Positions 1-12,432 of a DNA stretch of 64,000 nucleotides are shown here, in pieces; position 1 is the stretch's first letter; each line of letters opens with the position of its first letter. This DNA comes from the human T2T-CHM13v2.0 reference genome, Homo sapiens: the NCBI RefSeq assembly GCF_009914755.1, contig NC_060929.1, one strand, 5' to 3'. Under the pieces are notes generated by a model that ran no database searches, was not told the DNA's origin, and saw only the letters and a program-made list of their open reading frames with translations. The translations under genes were made by a program, and so were the position numbers.

Positions 1-2546
1 CGCACCTTGGGGGATGCACAGAGACCCCACAGTCGGAGGACCACGCAGTGGGGCGGCCACCCCGAGGTGCTGGCTAGCGGGTCCTGGGACCACACACTCC
101 TGAGCGTGCTGAGAGCCCCAGGCCCAGGAGGTGAACACGAGTGCTGTGAGTGCCACTCAGCACAGCCTCTGATGGGGCTGAGACAGGTCACCATCCCTGC
201 AGCCCTGCACAGTGCCCACAGGACAGCTCAGCAGGCTGGCCAGAGCCCTACCCACCTGGCCTGTCCTGCAGGCAGCAAAGCAGCCCAGGGAAGCAAAGCA
301 AAACCTGATACACCCGTTTATCTAAAAGAGCCGTCTTAACAAACGTTAATAAAATGGGCTCTGCACCTATTTCAGCCACGAGCTTCCATGGAGGGGCCAA
401 ACTCTCCATGCTTCTTTCCCTAAACACCAACACCGTGAGAGCCGATGTCTTGTGACTATTTCTGGAGACTGGGGCGGCCGCCCACAGAGGCCTATTTGCA
501 GTGAGGAGCAGATGGCGGTGGGCGCCCTGGGGAGCTGCCTGTGGCCAGCCCAGCCTTCACAGGATGCGTCTCACCACAGCCTCTCCAGTCCTGTGAGGTA
601 GAGAAGAAGCTCCTGGACATCCTGGAGTCACTGCCCAGGGAGGCTCTGGGTCACGGGGGTGGGGACAGGCCTGGGCGTCCTGCCTCCCGCCCACAGCAGC
701 CGACTGCCTGTCCTTTCATGTTTCTGCCACACTTGGTCTGGGCTTTGCGTTCAAGAAGCCCATTCCAAGTGCAGTGCCTGGCTCAGAGGACAGACCAGGT
801 CATCCCTCCCAGCCCCGCATGGCTTCAGGCCCACTGCACTTCCCTGCTCTGCCGCCTGAGGCAAGGGCCAGCTTCTCTGCAGCACAAGGGCCTGCAGCAC
901 CCCACGTGCTCAGCACACAGTGGGCATTGACTATTTTAACCCAGGGAAACATTTTGTACACAAAGTTGGAAAAAAATGACAAGTGCAGACTTTGTATTAC
1001 TGGGCAGTTTGAGCATCCCTTAATCTGCGGCACATGTGGATGAGACCATGTGGCCTCGGCCCAACCTCGGCCGATTCTCCTGTTGTGGGGGGACTCACCC
1101 TGACTCTAAGCATCTGAGGGTGAGAGATTTCCTGATAAGGAGAGATGATGAATTCTGGGTGGAGTGAAACTCCAGAAAAGCCTTCATAGGTGGTAAACCC
1201 AAAAATATTTAAATATAAGAGAGATTGCTAGATAATTCTAGAAAGTACTTTTAAAAATATTCCTGATTCTAAGAAGGGTGGAGAGTTTTGAAGGAGGCCC
1301 AAATGACTTCTCACTCTTAAGGGTTTCAGCTTCAGGAACAGGCAGCCTGTAACATTCTACAAGGCAGACGCGTGTCTCCATGAAGTTACACCTGAGGCTT
1401 TAGTTCCATTCCATTCAGTAAACATATCCTAAGCACCTATTCTATACAGGCACTGGCCTTGACATCCAAAATTAAAACTCTGAAAACAGCACATTCAGCT
1501 CTGTGTCCGTAGGATTTAATCCAGTGATTTTCATTGCACTTTCATTAAAAAAAATTCAACCCTCAGGCAAGACAACAGTGACTGTAAGATATGCGTTAGA
1601 GGTGTGTGTTTTAAAACATCCCCAGGGTTGTGTGGGGACAGTGGTTTGTAGGGTAACCTGTGGTTATGAACAAGGAGGCTCTTGGTGGGGTGTGTTCATT
1701 CTGAGCTGGGCGTTCTTGCCACAACTGCAGGCAGGGGATGCTCTGGAGATGGAGGTGAGCCCAGAGCCTGACCCACCCAACTCCCTCTGCCCTGACCAGG
1801 GGTTGGCCAAGCTGTCAGGAGCAGGGCATTCTTGGGGGCTGGCCTGGACACACTCTGCTGCCCGTGTCCACAGAAACCCCCTGAGAGGCCACAGCCTCGG
1901 GGCCACCACTGCCCAGAGAATGGAAGACGCTTTGCAGCTGGCCCACCATGACCAAAACGGCTGGTGCCAGGAGCAGGGAGGTTGTTGTTACTTCCAACAC
2001 AGGTTTCCTTGGGGCTGGGGAGTTTACCCTCCGTCGTTCAGCAACATGACTGACCGCCTACCGCTGTGCCCACTGTGAGACCAAGCAAGACCACCAGCTC
2101 TCGCTTCAGTTGTTTGGTTAGTGGGTGACCTGCCTGTAATATATTTCATTGTTAGAATTTCTACTTGTGTTTTTGGAAGTCCACCTGTCCTTATTTCATA
2201 ATGTCCTGTTCTTGCCTAATAGATTCCATTCCATTGTCTCTGAACATTTTAAACTTGTTACTTCAAGCACCTGGCACCACTCCTGCAGGTCTCGGCGTGA
2301 GTTCAGCTTCTTGCTGGGCCTGCTGGGTCCTCATGGATTTAATTTCTTCCTGTGATTTGCCCTTTTTGTCCATGATCTCACTTCTGGGAGAGGCTGACCC
2401 TGAACACATGCGCACACGGGGGACAAAGACTCTGGCCCCAGGCGTGGGGGGCTCAGGGTTAGGGACATACTCAAGTAGAGGTGTAAGATGAGCAGCTCTG
2501 ACCACCCAGCCTTGGGGGGATCGGGGGCTTAGGGTGGGGGACATAC

Positions 2547-2702
2547 TCAGGTAGATGTGGAAGATGAGCAGCTGGCCCAGGTGCACCAAGCCAAGAAAGT
2601 CCAGCAGGAGCACGAGCATCCCGATGATCACGACTATCAGGGTCTGCACCTGCACCGGGAACAGGGGGAGGAACAGCAGCCACGTGTTCATATTCTTGAC
2701 AT
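2547..2702 (-). CDS. ZDHHC11: ZDHHC11 coding exon 5 (TM segment, DVKNMNTWLL...LLIFHIYL); gene continues left of the window
   Basis: ccag|ATGTC acceptor and TGA|GTATGT donor; 156 nt; phase continues from exon 4; peptide in ORF 2263..2754. Confidence 0.93.
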
Positions 2703-2936
2703 CTGGGGAGACAAGGGAGAGCCACTGTGTCCAGCACCTGCTGACGGGTGCCACATCAGGTGGACGTCACAGACCAGAGCGTGCTGGGGATGGGGCGGTG
2801 TGGGGACAGCCAGTGCGAGGGATGTCTCCCTGCCCAGGTGGACGCCTCCCTTACCTGAGTGCCCCGTAGGCCCTGCTGCCTTCGGTTGGTTTTCATGATC
2901 CCTGCTTTATGGATCTGGGAGGTGAGGCTCCAACAT

Positions 2937-3650
2937 TGTCACTAAGTGCCGGGGTCACAGTGCCCACCCCTTCCTAAGTGCTGGGGTCACAGCGCCCACC
3001 CCTTGCTCACTAAGAGCCAGGGTCACAGCGCCCACCCCTTCCTAAGTGCCGGGGTCACAGCGCCCACCCCCCTTCCTCACTAAGTGCCGGGGTCACAGTG
3101 CCCACCCCTTCCTCACTAAGTGCCGGGGTCACAGTGCCCACCCCTTCCTCACTAAGTGCCAGGGTCACAGCACCCATCCCTTCCTTATTTAGTGCCAGGG
3201 TCACAGTGCCCACCCCTTCCTAAGTGCCGGGGTCACAGCACCCACCCCTTCCTAAGTGCTGGGGTCACAGTGCCTGCCGGCTCTGCCGGGCCCCAGCACC
3301 CATCCTTTCCTAAGTGCCAGGGCCCCAGCACCCACCCCTTCCTTACTAAGTGCCAGGGTCACAGTGCCCACCCCTTCCTTACTAAGTGCCGGGGTCACAG
3401 TGCCCACCCCTTCCTCACTAAGTGCCAGGGTCACAGTGCCCACCCCTTCCTCACTAAGTGCCGGGGTCACAGTGCCCACCCCTTCCTCACTAAGTGCCGG
3501 GGTCACAGTGCCCACCCCTTCCTCACTAAGTGCCAGGGTCACAGCACCCATCCCTTCCTTATTTAGTGCCAGGGTCACGGTGCCCACCCCTTCCTAAGTG
3601 CCGGGGTCACAGAGCCTGCCAGCTCTGCCAGGCCCCAGCACCCATCCCTT
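2937..3650. repeat. 31-36-bp VNTR (ctcactaagtgccggggtcacagtgcccaccccttc), about 20 units, ZDHHC11 intron 4
   Basis: Units read directly. Confidence 0.95.
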
Positions 3651-4829
3651 GCTCATGGCCCACTCTGTGTCCCTGGACCCGCTGCACCCTAAAACAGCTG
3701 CCTTCAAATAGAACAGGAAAGCCACAGCTCTCGCCTGGGGTCATTTCTAAGATATGGTCCTCTGTGACACTGGGCTGCCAACACTCAAAACCACACTTCC
3801 AAAAATCAGGCGTAATGCAGAATGGCAGAGGGCCAGGCAAGGCAGAATGGCAGAGGGTGGGGCAAGGCAGAATGGCAGAGGGATGGATTCAGCATGGATG
3901 TCTTTGGGTGACTCAGCATGGATGTCTTTCGGTGACAGACCCTCTCTGGAACTGGTGGCCTCGGGGCCATCCTAGAAGGCAAACACCACACTCAGCCTGA
4001 CAGGACCGCAGCTCCATGTGCCTGGGCCGGGCTGGACCCCATGCTGCCCCCCTTAGCCAGTGACATCACGATGAGTTCAGCCCATGAGAAGAAGGAGCAG
4101 CTTTGCTCAGGGCCTTGCTGGTTTTGAAGCCCTGCAGAATCATCTGGAACAGCAAACCCAGGAATTCACTCAGGCCACAATCAATGAATTCACACGGAGA
4201 CACTGGCACTGCCCTGTGGAAGCAGCATGTTCCAGGAGAGAAGGCAGCACATGCCATCTTGGCCACCTCTGCTCTCTCACTCTCCCCTGGCATCCCCCAC
4301 AGGGAGAGCCCAGACAACATGGAGGCTGCTGGGGAAGGTGACTTGCTACTGGGGGAGAAGAACGCAACAGGCATCGTCCTGGGCTTGGGTCCGCTGAGGT
4401 CAGGGCCTCGCCAGGGTGGAGCTGGCTTTCAGGAAGTGCTTCAGAAGCGGCTGTGAGGCCCTGGAGGCATCAGTCACGCTTCGAAGTGGAAGGAGGAGCT
4501 TTAGGGACTTCCACGTGGAGCTGGCAAAGCTCATCCTTGAAAAAAATGTCACACCGTGTTGGCTCCGGAATGTTCTGGAACAAGGGCAGGCAAGTCCTCC
4601 CTGTCTCGCCACCCGGGCTGTGTGCAGTGCGGGTGCAGCCATGCCTGGGGCTGAGACTGGCAGTCTTGTCCTGCACCCCGAGGGGCTTCTCTGGCCCAGG
4701 TCCTCCTGGTCAGGGTCCTGGCGCTGCTGCAATAAATACATCAAATGGTGGCGGGTGGGGGCAGCTTCTCCAGCAGACTCTTGCAGTCTGAGGCAGGCAG
4801 GGCTCTGACGTCCAGCTGCAGGACAGTTG

Positions 4830-5135
4830 GGCACGCTGCCTCCGCAGGGTCCAGGGAGGTCTTCCCAATTTTGCCAGCTCCTGTGGCTCCCGGCGACCCC
4901 GGGCTGTGGCTGTGTGACTCCACCCCTGCCTCCATCCTCACGAGGCCACCTCCCCTCTGTGTCTCTCCTTTCTCTTACAAGCACACTCGTGGCTGGATTT
5001 GGGCCCCCTGGGACATCCCAGCACGACCCTCCCACCTCAGATATTAAGTCACAGCCACAGGCCCATTTCCCGAGGATGCTGGCATCACGGGATCTGGGTT
5101 AGGCGTGGACTCGCCTCTGGAGCCCACAGTCCTCA
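4830..5135 (-). mobile_element. MaLR LTR remnant (MLT1-like)
   Basis: Resemblance to reverse MLT1 from recall (ccagctcctgtggctccc...tctcttacaagcacac...ggatttgggccc). Confidence 0.55.
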
Positions 5136-5651
5136 CCGCCACGTCTCTCCAGTGGCTCAGTGTGAGCATCGGTTCCCGAGGCCCAGGCTCCGGGCCCACT
5201 TGGCCAAGGGCCTCAGCGCACCGCAGCCTACAGCCCAGCACCCTCAGCGCTGCCTCCACTCTCCCTCCCCATGGGCTGCTCCTGCAGGATGGGCACCCCC
5301 ACCCTCCCACAACTACATGGCCCCACAGGATGGTGTGACAGGTGCTACAGGGATGACTGCGGAGGGCAGGGGCAGAGGTGGACCCCACTGTCTCTCGCCT
5401 GACACGACCTGGCAGCATCTACAGAGCAGCGTGGCCAGCGCCCTCCCCGAGCCTGCCTCCCGCGCGCTGGGGGCTGCTGGGCTGTATGAACACTGGGCTG
5501 CTGCCGTCGGGCCAGGTCAGAGCCTGCATGGGGCTGCCTGCCCCGGCCTCTCCCTGGGACAAGAGGGGCCGACCACCCCAGACCCGATACTACCACCCGG
5601 AAAGACGGCTGGAGGCGAGGATGAGGCCCCTTGAGAGCGGCGGCCACGTAC

Positions 5652-5776
5652 CTTCATACCTGGGGTCCGTGCGGAGCACCCCGGGGTTCACGAGGTACTG
5701 GACGAGGACATACAGCAGGATGGCGATCAGGCAGAGCATGCCAGCTGTGGCCGAGGCCACAGTGCTGAAGAAGAAC
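5652..5776 (-). CDS. ZDHHC11: ZDHHC11 coding exon 4 (FFFSTVASATAG...DPRYE)
   Basis: cag|GTTC acceptor, AAG|GTACGT donor, 125 nt, hydrophobic TM peptide in ORF 5590..6348. Confidence 0.95.
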
Positions 5777-5799
5777 CTGCCGGGAGACACACAGGCAGG

Positions 5800-6118
5800 C
5801 ATGGGGGTGGGGACGTGGGAGCAGTGGGGGCGCAGGGGCAGGTGTGGGGGGCACGGGGGCAGGGGGTGTGCACGGGGTGGGCAGGGGCGGGCGTGGGGGG
5901 CACAGCGGCAGGGGCATGCGGGGCATGTGGGACAGGTGTGGGGGCGGGGAGGCAGGGGCAGGGACACGCAGGGCATCTGAGGCAGGGGCGGGGGCATGCA
6001 GGGCAGGTGGGGGGTGCAGAGGCAGGGGCAGGGACACGCAGGGCATCTGGGGCAGGGGCGGGGGCATGCAGGGCAGGTGTGGGGGGCGCAGGGGTGGGGA
6101 CGCGCAGGGCATCTGGAG
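5800..6118. repeat. G-rich degenerate tandem repeat upstream of ZDHHC11 exon 4
   Basis: Repeated ggggca/ggggcg/gggacacgcagggcatctg units with dense G-runs. Confidence 0.85.
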
Positions 6119-8490
6119 CCCGCAGGGTGGAGGTGACAGGTCAGTGTGGGCGTCCACTTGAGGGCGCCTGGCCACCGCCCAACGCTGGCCTCAAACCCTG
6201 CTCCCGACCGCGCCTGGAAGCTCAGGCTCCTGTCTCTGTGCCGTCCTGTGACGCCCCCCCAGGTCTCCAGGCCTCTCGCTGGAGAGGGGTGGCCGTGGGA
6301 CATTCCCACCAGCACACCGCCCGACAATTCAGGCAGCGCTTCTTGCAAACGTGATTGCCTTTAATCCCCACAAGGAACAAGGAGGTTGTGAGGAGGGGGA
6401 ACCAGCCCTTTTCACGAGTGGGGAAAGTGAGGTCAGAGATGCGGTGCGACTCGCCCAAGCCTACCAGCGGAGCATGAGGGTCACACGGCGTCTCCAGTGT
6501 CACAGCTCTGGGGCCTCTGCCCGCACCTCCCGACTCCACCTGATGCAGACAGGCCTCCCTACCAGCCAAGGAGCACGCGGGCTCGGTCCACTCGGGGGGC
6601 CCTGAGCATGGTCTGTGCTGGGGTCTCCATGGCACCATGCTGGGCAAAGGCACTGAAGCCAGGGAAGGGGAGAGCCACGAGAGTGCCGTGGCACCCAGGA
6701 GGGCCTGCAGGCTCAGGGACCTGGATCTCTGCACCCAAAGGGAACTCGGGCTGAGGAGGCCCTGGAGGAGCCCGGCCACACCTCGGCTGCAGTCCCCCCT
6801 TCTCCAAGGGTCTCGTGCAAATCTGAGCCAAAAGCGATGTCCATGCTGTAGACGTGAGACCAAATCCACTCCCAGTCTCTCGTCTTTGCTCAAAAGATGC
6901 AGAGAATAATCCATCCACAAAAACCAATTCTGGGCAGCAGTTCCTGGAACATACTTTGACTAAACCATCTTCCCTTGGTCTTTCTGCCATGATGATATTT
7001 TTTTAAAAGTATCCTTTAACCTCCTTTAATCCTTTCCATTGTATTATGTTCACCTAAGCTTGTTTAAATCCCTTTTTCTATTTTCAACTGGAGGCCAGAG
7101 CATGAATGCCGCAGTCCTCCGAAGAGGCAGTTAGGGCACAGCTGCCTTCCCCGCGCTCCTCCTCCCTCCAAGAGTCTTCTGGATAATCCAGGGGTGACGG
7201 GTGGCTCCAGGCATGAGCGGCTCCCTGACTGCTGCTCCCTCATACTGCCTTCCCTCTCACAGCTTAGGTTTCCCAAGCAGCAGCCCCTCCAGGCAGCGGA
7301 CACGCCCTACCCTGCCCCCAGTCCTCCTGGGCTTGAGCCCACTTGTGGGGAGTAAAGACCCCTCATCTTCATCCTACTGTCTGGACAGGACTCCCCTCTT
7401 CATCCAGGAAAGAAGGCGGGTCTCTAAGACCACAGAGACAAAAGCCCACAGGATGGGGCAGAGCCATTCACGCGGGGCCTCCTCTCCCCGCAGCCACCCA
7501 GGGACATTCTCCTCTTGGTTAGCACAGCCTCCTGCCCCTGCTGCCTGTGTTTAACCTGCAGAGTCCGAGGCCAGCGCTCACAGTCTTCCCAGGACACCAG
7601 CGCCGCCTGCCTTCTTTCCGTCCCCCTTCCTCTCTTATCACTACGAAGTATGCAGCCTCCCTCACAGGGGCTCTGCCATCAGCTGGGCCTCCCCATGGGG
7701 GCTCCGCCATCAGCTCGGCCTCCCTCGCGGGGGCTCTGCCATCAGCTCCTCAACTTTCCTCATCTTGCTCTCAATGCCGTTGCTCTCTCCGCCTCTGGCG
7801 GATGAAGGGACAGAAGCGAGGTTGGCACAGATGCCGGCGTTGGCTGCTGCCTGGAGCTGAGGGCGCCCATGACCCCGGCCCTGCTCTCCTGATGCCCCTT
7901 TCCCACACCCAGGCGGTGTCTACACTTGGCACCCACGTGGTCCCTCTCCAGCACCCCTCCTGAGGAAGGCAGACCCTCTCCTTGCCACCTGCCTGTGGGC
8001 CCTCACCCCCTCACCTTCCCCACCAGGACCCGCCAGATTGAGCCAGCTCGAGGCACCAGAGCAGAATGAGTCCAGAAGGAAGTGGCACCTGGGGCTAGCA
8101 TGAGCCAGAGGAGCTGGCCCCACCTTGGCCATCGTGGAGCTGCTCTTCTCCAGGGGAGGAGGCCGGTGGGTCTCCCCGGCCCCTACCATCTCACGCAGCC
8201 TCTGGACTCGCTGTGCGGTCATGCAACCTCTCTGTCCCTGCCGGGCTGCTCAGCCTCTCTGGACACATGCTGTGCTCCAGACGGGATGGCAGGGAGGCAG
8301 GGCAGGGACCGCCCGGTGCGTCCTGTGACACCAGGCAACGTTGGTCCCCACTCCCACGCACACCAAGGCCTCTTTCAGGTCAGCACAGAGTAGCTGGGGA
8401 GCAGGCGTGGTTCTTTTCCCTGGTGATCTTCACAGTACAGTGCTGCAGACAGCCGGGGCTCAGCACACGGGGCCTTGAGAGTCCCTGGAT

Positions 8491-9184
8491 CCTCCACTGT
8501 GCTCAGGGGAAACACCTCTCATCTATGAGCCTCCACCGTGCTCAGGGGAAACAACCTCTCGTTCTTGAGCCTCCACCGTGCTCAGGGGAAACACGTCTCA
8601 TCTGTGAGTCTCCACCGTGCTCAGGGGAAACACCTCTCGTTCTTGCACCTCCACCATCCTCAGTGGAAACACCTCTCATCCTTGCGCCTCCACCGTGCTC
8701 AGGGGAAATACCTCTCGCCTGTGAGCCTCCACCATGCTCAGGGGAAACACCTCTCGTCCTTGAGCCTCCACCATGCTCAGGGGAAACACCTCTCGTTCTT
8801 GAGCCTCCACCGTGCTCAGGGGAAACACCTCTCGTCTATGAGCCTCCACCGTGCTCAGGGGAAACACGTCTCATCTGTGAGCCTCCACCGTGCTCAGGGG
8901 AAACACCTCTCGTTCTTGCACCTCCACCATCCTCAGTGGAAACACCTCTCATCCTTGCGCCTCCACCGTGCTCAGGGGAAAGACCTCTCGCCTGTGAGCC
9001 TCCACCATGCTCAGTGGAAACACCTCTCATCTGTAAGCCTCCACCGTGCTCAGGGAAACATCTCTCTTCCTTGCATCTCCACCGTGCTCAGGGGAAACAC
9101 CTCTCGTCTATGAGCCTCCACCGTGCTCAGGGAAACACCTCTCATCTGTGAGCCTCGACCATGCTCAGGGGAAACACCTCTCGC
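8491..9184. repeat. 39-bp VNTR (cctccaccgtgctcaggggaaacacctctc...), about 18 units, ZDHHC11 intron 3
   Basis: Units read directly; 13-aa periodic ORFs. Confidence 0.95.
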
Positions 9185-9565
9185 CCATCTGCGCTGGGTG
9201 CCCACTGCCCTTCCGTGGCCCCACCCTTGTGCTGGATGAGCCTCAGCCTGGGTGGAGAGAAGGCAGCCCAGCCCAGGACAGCGTGGTCAGGAGGCCTCAG
9301 CCAGCGTGGCCCCGCAAGTGCCCCCGGGGGGCCTCCAGGGACTTACTCTATGCGGATGAGCTTGTCCAGGGACGGCTGCACCACAGCCCCAGAGCCAGAC
9401 AGGAGGCCGGGGCACGCAGGCACCAAGCGCCACCACATCAGGACAGGGACGCGGCCCCAAGAGGACCCTCCACCCTTTCAACACGATGACCCCTGCCCAC
9501 AGACCCCTCCCTTCCAAATTCCCCCAAGCCTGGCCCGTGCCGGCCATCCCCTCTGTGCCCCTCAC

Positions 9566-9667
9566 CAATAATTCCGGCTTCCCACGCAGTTGTTGATCCA
9601 TTTGCAGTGGTGGTCGAAGCCGGACACACACTTATTGCAGGAAATGCAGTGTTTGGTTTTCTTGTTC
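9566..9667 (-). CDS. ZDHHC11: ZDHHC11 coding exon 3, catalytic DHHC motif ([24 protein letters not shown])
   Basis: ccag|GAAC acceptor, TTG|GTGAGG donor, 102 nt, canonical Cys-rich DHHC signature. Confidence 0.97.
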
Positions 9668-10533
9668 CTGGAGGGATGAATCGGGGAACGCCTGTCAGGC
9701 CCCAAGTGCGCAGGTTGGGGCAGGGCCAGAGGTCCATCACTGGAAGCCAGGTGCCTCGGAGGAACCAGCCCTGTGCGGCCTGGGGAGAGGGCGTCCAGCA
9801 GGGAATGGGAGGCTGGGGGAGGGTGTTGAGGCCTGTGGGGAGGAGGAGAAGCAGGGCAGCTGTGGGCAGAGGTAGCCACAGAGCAGGAGGAGCTGTGTCT
9901 TTGGCCGCCCTGAGCATAGACCCCCCGCCAGCCGTCCTACACCAGCCTCACTCTGGGCCATGGCCCTGGAGGAGGCCGCGCCTGCCCCATGGTTCCAGGA
10001 GTTGAGGCCGGGGGCTTGGATCCCACCTGTGCCTACAGGGCCTCCCTTGCAGCTGACAACAGCCCTGTAGCCAACCCCTAGGCCATCACAGAGGCCTCCA
10101 GGGCCCCTGGAGACACTGGAACCCTTACCTCCCACTTTCCTACGGGCTTGTCTTGAAACTCCCCAAGAAAGACAGTGCTCTCTTGCCCTGGGCCCTCAGG
10201 GGAGGGACCTCGTGCACAAAATCCACTGAGGACCAAACATGCCTGAGTGCTGCTGTGTTTCATTCCAGGGGAGCAGCGGGTCACCTGCAGGTGACAGACC
10301 CAGCCCTCCAGTCTCAGCCCTGCCTGCGGAGGAGTTGGGGCGGCCCGGCACCGCGCCCGGTTCACAGCGAGATGAGGGGCGATCCACCCGCAGCCACAGG
10401 GCCGGGCCCTGGAAGCTCCACTAGCATCAGCTGCGGCCATGGCACGGGCCCTGAGGGGCCAGCAGTGACCTGAGCACCAGGACCCTGGAGGTGACCCTGA
10501 CACCTTGGGGCCTCGGCGAGGGCGGGCACTCAC

Positions 10534-10712
10534 ACGGTGACCTTGCACAGGTGGCAGAACTGATTCTGGATCACGTGTGCATGTTTTGATCTGTCGAAGA
10601 GGGGCATGGGCTGAGAATAGTTCTTCATGAGTCTGACATTGGAGTCGGCCGGGTCGATGCAGGACGCGATCAGGTGGACGACGAGGTGGAACGAGAAGAT
10701 CCCCCCGGTCAC
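10534..10712 (-). CDS. ZDHHC11: ZDHHC11 coding exon 2 (VTGGIFSFHL...FCHLCKVTV)
   Basis: ccag|GTGACC acceptor, CGT|GTGAGT donor, 179 nt, DP motif and first CxxC of the DHHC domain. Confidence 0.96.
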
Positions 10713-10807
10713 CTGGCATGTCAAGGAAGAACCTGGCCCAGGGCCTGGTCAGCCTGGCACGAGGCGTCCCCGTGAGGCCCAAGGGCCCAGAAGAGGCGTG
10801 GCCGCTG

Positions 10808-11240
10808 GTCAGCCCTGCTCACCCAGCCCTGCACACGTGAGCCCAGCTCACCCAGGCCTGGCCCTGCTCACACAGCCCTGCACACCCAGCCCTGCACAAC
10901 TGAGCCCTGTTCGCCTGGCCCTGCTCACCTGGGCGTGCTCACCTGGGCCTGCACACCCAGCCCTGCACAGCCAGCCCTGCACAGCCAGCCCTGCACACCC
11001 AGCCCTGCTCACCCGAGCCCAGCTCACCCATGCCCGGCCCTGCTCACATGGCCCTGCTCATCCAGTCTTGCACACACGGCCCTATACACCCGGCCCTTCA
11101 CACATGGCCCTGCACACACAGCCCTGCTCACCCAGATCTAGAGGAGATGAGTCCACCCGTCGGCCCTGCACACACAGCCCTGCTTACCCAGGCCTAGAGA
11201 AGATGAGGCTACCCATTGGCCCTGCATACACAGCCCTGTG
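10808..11240. repeat. Degenerate ~15-bp repeat (cagccctgcacac/ctgctcac), ZDHHC11 intron 1
   Basis: Units read directly. Confidence 0.85.
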
Positions 11241-12432
11241 CCAGTCGGGGACCGGGAAGGCTGCCCCCGTGCCCCTTTTGGTTCATCCCTGTTGGACACA
11301 GGGCAAATCCCCCACAGAATGTACCGCACCCCCAGAGGCTCAGTCAGCCCAGCCAAGCACAGTGACCCCAAAACCCTTTACAGCTTGAGGGACAGAGCAG
11401 GGCCACAGGAGGGACATCCCAGGTATAAACACAGCCGGATGCAGCCCCAAAGGCCCTGGAGGAGCCTGGGTTCTTTCATACCAGAGACCCCTGAGCACTG
11501 GGAGAGAAGACAGCCTCAGACAGGAGGAGCAGGGGGAGGAGCGAGGGAGCTGCACAACCTACCCGCTCCCTGTAGACCCCAGACAGCTCACTCAGGGACC
11601 CTCTCCCCGAGAATAGCTCAGGGAAACCCCCCTCAGACTCCCTCAGGGCCCCTCCGGACTCTCTCGGGGACTCCAGACTCTCTCGAGGACCCCAGACTCA
11701 CTCAGGGACCCTGGGCCTCTTTCTTGGGCCCTCTGGGCTCAGAGCCTGGCTGCGGGGGCACTGGGGAGAGGATCCTTGTCCCCTGGAGCCAGGAGAAGCT
11801 GGGCTCCCCGTGCCTGGGACGTCAGCTCCCGCCCTCAGATCCTGGCTCCCTCCTCCTCTCACCCTGGGACAAACACAGACTCTCCATGGCAACCAAATAG
11901 AAGGGGTGGAGTGCGGGGCCCTCCAGTCACCCTGCCTGGCCCCTGGACCGCCTTCTAGCCAGGAGTTCAGGGTTGACAGCCATCTCCGCAGGGCAGCCCA
12001 GAGGCCCTCGCAGTGTGGCCTAAGCTTGGCATGGAAACGCAGGCTGCCGACCTGCGGGGCATGGCGCTGTTCCTCCTTGGCACCAGGGGCAAGGAGAAAG
12101 GTGCTGGCCATGTGCAAAATGCTGCGCAGGGATTTTAGCGGAAGGCTGCCAGCAGGGCGGGTCCTGCGCCACGCCAGGGGGCTGCTGTCCCTCCTGACAG
12201 ATTCCCTCTCCGGAGCCCCCTCAGCCAACGCTGTCCTGTCCTGACCCTAAGCAGGGGCTGCACAGAGCATGAGTGGCCACTGGGCCCACCTGCAGGCTCA
12301 GGGGACATAGTCTGGCCCAGGGCAGGTGACTGGTGCCACCGGGCAGCCATGGCCCAGACCCCACAGCCAGGTCCATCGCAAGTTCCTCCAGGAACCCCTC
12401 CCGCTTAGACCATGCCACGATGAAAAGGATAC

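Noticed and set aside
4066-4810. Possible processed pseudogene or cryptic exon in ZDHHC11 intron 4
   Set aside because: High-complexity sequence, but no recognisable protein, poly(A) tail or TSD; a BLASTX search would be needed.
8213-9151. EPPPCSGETPL-repeat protein
   Set aside because: 39-bp VNTR antisense to ZDHHC11 intron 3.
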